Below, piece after piece: positions 53,791 to 64,000 of a stretch of DNA of 64,000 bases (within the stretch, counting starts at the first letter, position 1; every line of letters starts with the position of its first letter). The DNA lies in the NCBI GenBank assembly GCA_964016885.1, contig OZ024748.1, positions 48,980,001 to 49,044,000 of the forward strand, given 5' to 3'. The notes beneath the pieces were generated by a model that saw only the letters and a program-made list of their open reading frames with translations, had not been told where the DNA came from and did not search any database. The stretch comes from Eledone cirrhosa. Its lineage: Eukaryota. The position numbers and the translations under genes are program-made.

Positions 53791-55348
53791 CTCATGTTAT
53801 TGTAATCTAATTTAGGAGTAGATTGAGATGGTGAGTCACCACATATACAGGAATGAGTAGCATGTCCAACTCATGCTAGTAGAGAAGACAGACATTAAAT
53901 GATGCTTATGAAGATTGTCTCATAATTCGCAGAACATTGATGTTAACTCTTCCTAGTAATGTGTCTGTCTGTCTGAAATTATCTTCCTGTATCTTCTATA
54001 CCAAGTAAATATCTAGAACCCATGTTATGGGGGCTAGTTTGAGACACACAGCATCTAGGTATGATTGTTGTTGGCTACTCTTTGTTAAATCTATAGCATT
54101 TCAGATATGTCTACAGATGGCAGATTTGCTAGAGTTCAGAACAAATGCTTAGCAGCAGTTTTTCAGCTCTGTACGTTCTGAGGTTGATAATATAAAGTAC
54201 CAGTCAAATACTAGGGTTAATATAATCTACTTTCCTCTCCTATCAAATTTCTGACTCTGTGCCTATATCAGAAACCATTTAACTTCTCTTTTATCTTGAC
54301 TGTTGAGGTTGAGTAGATTGGGATTGTGCCCTGACTTAGGTAAAATGTCACTTTATTTCATCTCACAAAAAAAAAAGAAGGTATCTTTTTTAACTCATAA
54401 TGTCCTGTACTGCATTAACAAGACATCCTTGAAAACTACAAACCAAGCAGTACTATCACTGCATTACATTAAAAAATTGAAACTGGTTTACTGCAAATTT
54501 TCACAAAGATCTGAAATATGGTCATTCTGGTGCCATGATAAAAAGCACCCGGTACATGCTGTAAAAGAGGTTGGGTAGAAACAGTTCTGTATGAGTAAGA
54601 CATGGTCACCTGATCTAACTTGACTCACAACAGGGCAACATGTCTAACCCATGCATGGAAAATGCACATTGAATAATAATGATGATGGTGATCTGTCCAC
54701 TAGTAAAGACACTAAAAACATTTGAATTAACAAAGCCATATTTAGATATTTTCTAGTAAATGATTACTGGATGTTCTTTGCCCACTTTTCCTGGGAGGGT
54801 TGTGGGGGAAGTCCTCAAGCACACCATCCAACAGGTCCTGTTAGAAACAACCGTTTCCAATTGATCAGGATGGATCCCCAAGTGAGACCAGCCAAGCTCA
54901 TGGATATTATCAAACCATCTTGCTCAGGGTCTACTCCTGGTTGGTGTTGGCCATAAAATCTGTCTAGCGATTCTTTCCTGAGACATTCTTACCACATGTC
55001 CATAGTATTGGTGCTGATCTGTCAATTTAGAGAAAGAGCGACTCTGATCTGCAATCTATGCACTCTATCGAGTAACATTACTCCAAAGATCTTTTAGGCA
55101 ACCTCATTTCAGTTGCTTGTATTTGTGATTGTACTCTTTCAGTCATTGCCCAAGATTCGTAACTGTAGGTAAGGGTTGGCCTGAATACCGAATTGAAGAT
55201 AGTGTGTTTGGCTTTGACACCTACCTCCCCTCCCTTAATAACTAAATTACTGGATGTTAAGGTTTAAAAAGAAATTCGTAATTCTTTGAAGGCTTTGCTG
55301 TTATATCAATCAATACATCTTTCTATTTGTTTTTATTTAACACATCAG

Positions 55349-55802
55349 GGATATCAAAGATACAACTGTAGGGACTCTGTCACAAAGAATAACGAACCAA
55401 TTAACAGGTCTTAAAGGTCTACACAACCACATAGAGGACGTAAGTAGTTACCTGGAGAAGGTAGCCTCTAAAACACTACCAGTTAATCATCAGATCATAT
55501 ATCACCTGCAAGATGTCTTTAACCTGCTGCCTGATGTCAACCTACTTGAGTTTGTGAAGGCAATGTATGTGAAAACTAATGACCAGCACCTGGTTGTCTA
55601 CGTTGCAGCTCTTATACGTAGCATCATTGCACTGCACAACCTCATCAACAACAAAATCCAGAACCGTGACGCCGAAAAGAGTGAAAGCAAGGAGAAAGAC
55701 AAGGAGAAAAAAGAGAAAAAGGATGAGAAGGAAAATAATGACAAAGAGAAAAAGGACTCTGACAAAAAAGAAGGCTCCACTGCATCGTCAAAATCAAAGT
55801 GA
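55349..55802 (+). CDS. PSMD7: PSMD7 coding exon 6 (terminal, KEKE tail)
   Basis: catcag| acceptor; [18 protein letters not shown]...[21 protein letters not shown]...[29 protein letters not shown] then a K/E/D-rich tail and TGA. The six exons sum to 1029 nt in frame. Confidence 0.97.
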
Positions 55803-56181
55803 TGCTCTAGTGGATCTTAGACAGGGTATATATGTACTTCATTGCTATTAAATATATGTACTTCATTGCTATTAAATTCAGTTAATCTATCTCTGTATTT
55901 GTTGTTAATCCAAGCGACTACATAGAGGCTACATAGAAGTTAGTATGTACATGTAGGCTCCAAACTTCTAATGGAGTCATAGTAGCGCTGTATTGGCATA
56001 CAACATGTCTTGAGAATTATTTAAACATGGAAATTGCCTTTTTTTTTTTTTTTTTTGTGGATCCCAAAATTCGTATATGGAGCCTGGTTGAGAACCATTT
56101 ATATATATTTACAAAAAAAAAAAAAACAACAGCAAAAGATGTTTCTGAAAGACTTTATTTTTTTTCATTTCTTTTCACTGG

Positions 56182-56205
56182 AATAAAATAAAAATAAAAA
56201 TAAAA
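56182..56205 (+). promoter_or_regulatory. PSMD7 poly(A) signal cluster
   Basis: Overlapping AATAAA hexamers about 380 bp after the stop, followed by TG-rich sequence. Confidence 0.55.
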
Positions 56206-57490
56206 ATTGTTGATTGAATCTGAGAACCATAAATCAAGACACACTGAAATGGGAATATTTATTTTGTAATTTGAAGTGGAGATCTAGTGGTCTGGGAGAT
56301 AAAATGAGCCTGTGTTTAGTTGGCCAGATTCACCAAGGAGGAATCAAGCAAGGAAAGTGTAGCATTGAGTTCCATCAAGTTATTAGCAACCTGGCTGGTA
56401 CCATTGTCACACTGGGTTATCACAAAGACACCTGAAAATAGTAAAAATAAAATATAGGAATAAGTTTAGTTACTTAAAGGAACCAGGTCTACCTTGTAAG
56501 GTGGTGGTGGTGGTGGTAAGAAGGAAAAGAAAGAGGAGGAGTAGACATAATAGTAAATGAAGAGGACTTACTGTTATTTTCAGCCAAAGAACAGCAATAA
56601 ATATTGAGCAAAACCAGAATATCATCATTTGAGGTAGACCCAAATATATCAGCAGGCCATTCAGATCTAAAATAAACAAACTGAACCTTTAGTACGCTGA
56701 ATTGAATCCCTTGAGACTGCGTTATGTATTAAGGGAAGTTTACTCTATTGGCAATTTAAGGCACCTACAGCACCCAGAAGGCTAAACAAAAAAAAGAGAA
56801 ATATATCTATCTAGGCACAGATATGGCTTTGCAGCCAAATTGTTTTGCTTGAGTCCCACCATGGGACACCTTTGATGTGTTTTCTTAAATAGCCTATTAT
56901 ATATGCTGAGTGCAAAAGGGAGCAGTATCTAAAAGAACACCTGGATTAAATAATATTTTTATCTAGCTGCTTTCCATTGAACAAGTGACAAGAAAAATGT
57001 TGCTAAAATTTCTACTTCAGTGAAAATACAATGACCCTAATTTATTGGTCCAATATTTAGGAAGATGTCTCAAAATAAATTGTCACTTTCATAAAATGCA
57101 AAGGCATTGCCAAGTATTTATAAAATGATAAAGATCCCATAACTCCTTGTGGAGTTGTAGAGGCACCGTCATACGGCATGTCTAGGGCACTTTTAAACCT
57201 GGTGGAGCCCAACACTCTCCAGGTCTGAACACAGCTGATTTTTACTATAGAGGAATAATCGACCCCCAGTACTGCACTGGTACTTTATTTTATCGAGCTC
57301 AAAAGGATAAAAGTAAAAGTTGACCTCGACAGGATTTGAAATCAGAGCATGCAAAGAGGTGGGACAAATAGCGTAAAGCGTTCTAGACAGGCATTGCCAA
57401 GTACCTAACTGATGGAGATAAAATACAGTATCTTACTAGTATACATAAGTGTATTGCTCCTATCATTTTTGTGGGGGATGCAGCTGTACC

Positions 57491-61365
<3,875 letters not shown>

Positions 61366-61939
61366 ATGGTGGCTGCCAACTCGTTTTCGAGTACGGCCAC
61401 TACTTTATATCCATGTAGGAGAACCCCTACCGATGCGCTGAACGAGTGTGAGTTTTTAGTCCAGCCAGCGACTTGAAAACTCTGGCACAAATACCCCACT
61501 TGTGACCATTATTGACATATAGTGCTGGGCCCATGGTACATGTGATGACAAGTGCAGAGATATCTCCAGATATAAAGCAATGCCTGTGCCGTGAAGCTTT
61601 TATAGTGAGCAAAGGCACTGCACAAAGCCAGTCCCACTCTCTTAACCAAGATGATATTTACCAAAAAGAAGAACAAGTCAACATCATTGGATACCATCAG
61701 GGTTGCAGGTGTTATATCAGAGTTTTCCTTCTCCTAGAATTCTGCCTTGACAAAGGCTAAGGGGTCATCTCTCCCTGTGATTTTGGATGGCCATTGACTC
61801 TTAAGAGCTCCTTTGCCCTTTGACAGGTCTTGTTTTTAGTCCTGCAGGATGTCCAAAGTCACCCTCCTCACCAAGAAACCTTGGTGGGGTTGCCAGTTTA
61901 GTCGCCAACGACCCGACCATGAGACAGGTTGTACTGGGA
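61366..61939 (-). mobile_element. Internally deleted (bipartite) RTE, copy 1
   Basis: RTE-type 5' UTR motif ctaggagaaggaaaactctga joined to a C-terminal Zn-finger remnant ([20 protein letters not shown]) and a short 3' hairpin UTR. Confidence 0.7.
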
Positions 61940-62091
61940 CATATATATATATACATATACATACATATACATACATATACATATACATATATATATATAT
62001 ACATATACATACATATACATATACATATACATACATACACATATACATACATACATACATACATACATACATACATACATACATACATACA

Positions 62092-62127
<36 letters not shown>

Positions 62128-62371
62128 TACATACATACATACATATACATACATTCATATACATATACATACATACATATATATATATACATATATATAC
62201 ATATATATACATACATTCATATATATATACATATATATACATACATATACATACATACATATATATACATACATATACATACATACATATATATATACAT
62301 ATATATACATACATATACATACATACATACATATACATACACATATACATATATACATACATATACATACA

Positions 62372-62403
<32 letters not shown>

Positions 62404-62645
62404 CATACATATATATATATACATACATATATATACATATACATATATACATACATACATATATATACATACATATATACATACATACATATATACATAC
62501 ATATACATACATACATATATATACATACATATATACATATATATACATACATACATATATATACATACATACATATATATACATACATACATATATATAC
62601 ATACATATATACATATACATACATACATATATATACATACATATA

Positions 62646-62679
<34 letters not shown>

Positions 62680-63125
62680 TACATACATATACATACATAT
62701 ATACACATATATATATACATACATACATACACATACATACATACACATACACACATACATACACATACATATATACACACATACATATACACATACATAC
62801 ACATACATACATACACATACATATATACATATATATATATACATACATACATACATATTACATATTTACATATATATATATACATACATACATATATATA
62901 CATACATATATACACATACATATATACATATATATATATACATGCATACATATATACACATATATATATACATACATACATACATATATATACATACACA
63001 TATACATATATATATATACATACATATATACATATATATATACATATATATATATACATATACATATATATATACATATATATACATACATATATATATA
63101 TATATATACATACATATACATACAT
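61940..63125. repeat. (TACA)/(TA)n compound microsatellite
   Basis: catacata and catata units. Confidence 0.96.
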
Positions 63126-63735
63126 ATGGTGGCTGCCAACTCGTTTTCGAGTACGGCCACTACTTTATATCCATGTAGGAGAACCCCTACCGATGCGCTG
63201 AACGAATGTGACATTTTAGTCCAGCCAGCGACTTGAAAACTCTGGTACAAAGACTACACTTGTGACCATTATTGACACATAGTGCAGGGCCCATGGTACC
63301 ATGTGATGACAAGTGCAGAGAGATCTCCAGATATAAAGCAATGTCTGTGATGTGAAGCTTTTATAGTGAGCAAAGGCACTGCACAAAGCCAGTCCCACTC
63401 TCTTAACCAAGATGATATTTACCAAAAAGAAGAACAAGTCAACATCATTGGATACCATCAGGGTTGCAGGTGTTATATCAGAGTTTTCCTTCTCCTAGAA
63501 TTCTGCCTTGACAAAGGCTAAGGGGTCATCTCTCCCAGTGATTTTGGATGGCTATTGACTCTTAAGAGCTCCCTTGCCCTTTGACAGGTTTTGTTTTTAG
63601 TCCTGCAGGATGTCCAAAGTCACCCTCCTCACCAAGAAACCTTGGTGGGGTTGCCAGTTTAGTCGCCAACGACCCGACCATGAGACAGGTTGTACTGGGA
63701 TACATGTTACCAGTAGCACCAACTGGTGACCTGAC
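63126..63735 (-). mobile_element. Internally deleted (bipartite) RTE, copy 2
   Basis: Direct near-identical copy of 61366-61939, about 35 bp longer at its 5' end; intact C2H2 motif [22 protein letters not shown]. Confidence 0.72.
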
Positions 63736-64000
63736 ATATATATATATATACATATACATATATATATATATATATACATACATATACATATATATATATA
63801 TGTATACATATATATATATATGTATACATATATATATATATGTATACATATATATATATATGTATACATATATATATATATATGTATACATATATATATA
63901 TATATGTATACATATATCATCATCATCATCATCAGGTTTAGCGTCCGTGTTCCACGCTTGCATGGGTTTGGACGGGGGTTTTCCCACTTGAGGCAAGAGT

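Overview
This is AT-rich, repeat-dense animal genomic DNA. The SINE/RTE/Dong repeat content and very large microsatellites suggest a coleoid cephalopod such as Octopus (inference). Two spliced + strand genes can be reconstructed. The first is the last two coding exons of an MBD5-like PWWP protein (12481-12593, 16909-17053). The second is a complete six-coding-exon PSMD7/Rpn8 gene (43387-55802, 342 aa). The rest is simple-repeat blocks, three clean minisatellites (38, 31 and 46 bp), tRNA-derived SINEs, decayed LINEs (RTE, Dong/R4, CR1, Tx1-like), TTAA-flanked MITEs, Gypsy remnants and two tandem internally deleted RTEs. The most notable unexplained signal is a cluster of unrelated (TA)n-adjacent fold-back elements between the two genes. 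Several carry minimal hammerhead-ribozyme motifs (best at 27731-27781 and 20083-20125), probably Penelope-like remnants. All very long ORFs in the track are simple-repeat artefacts.
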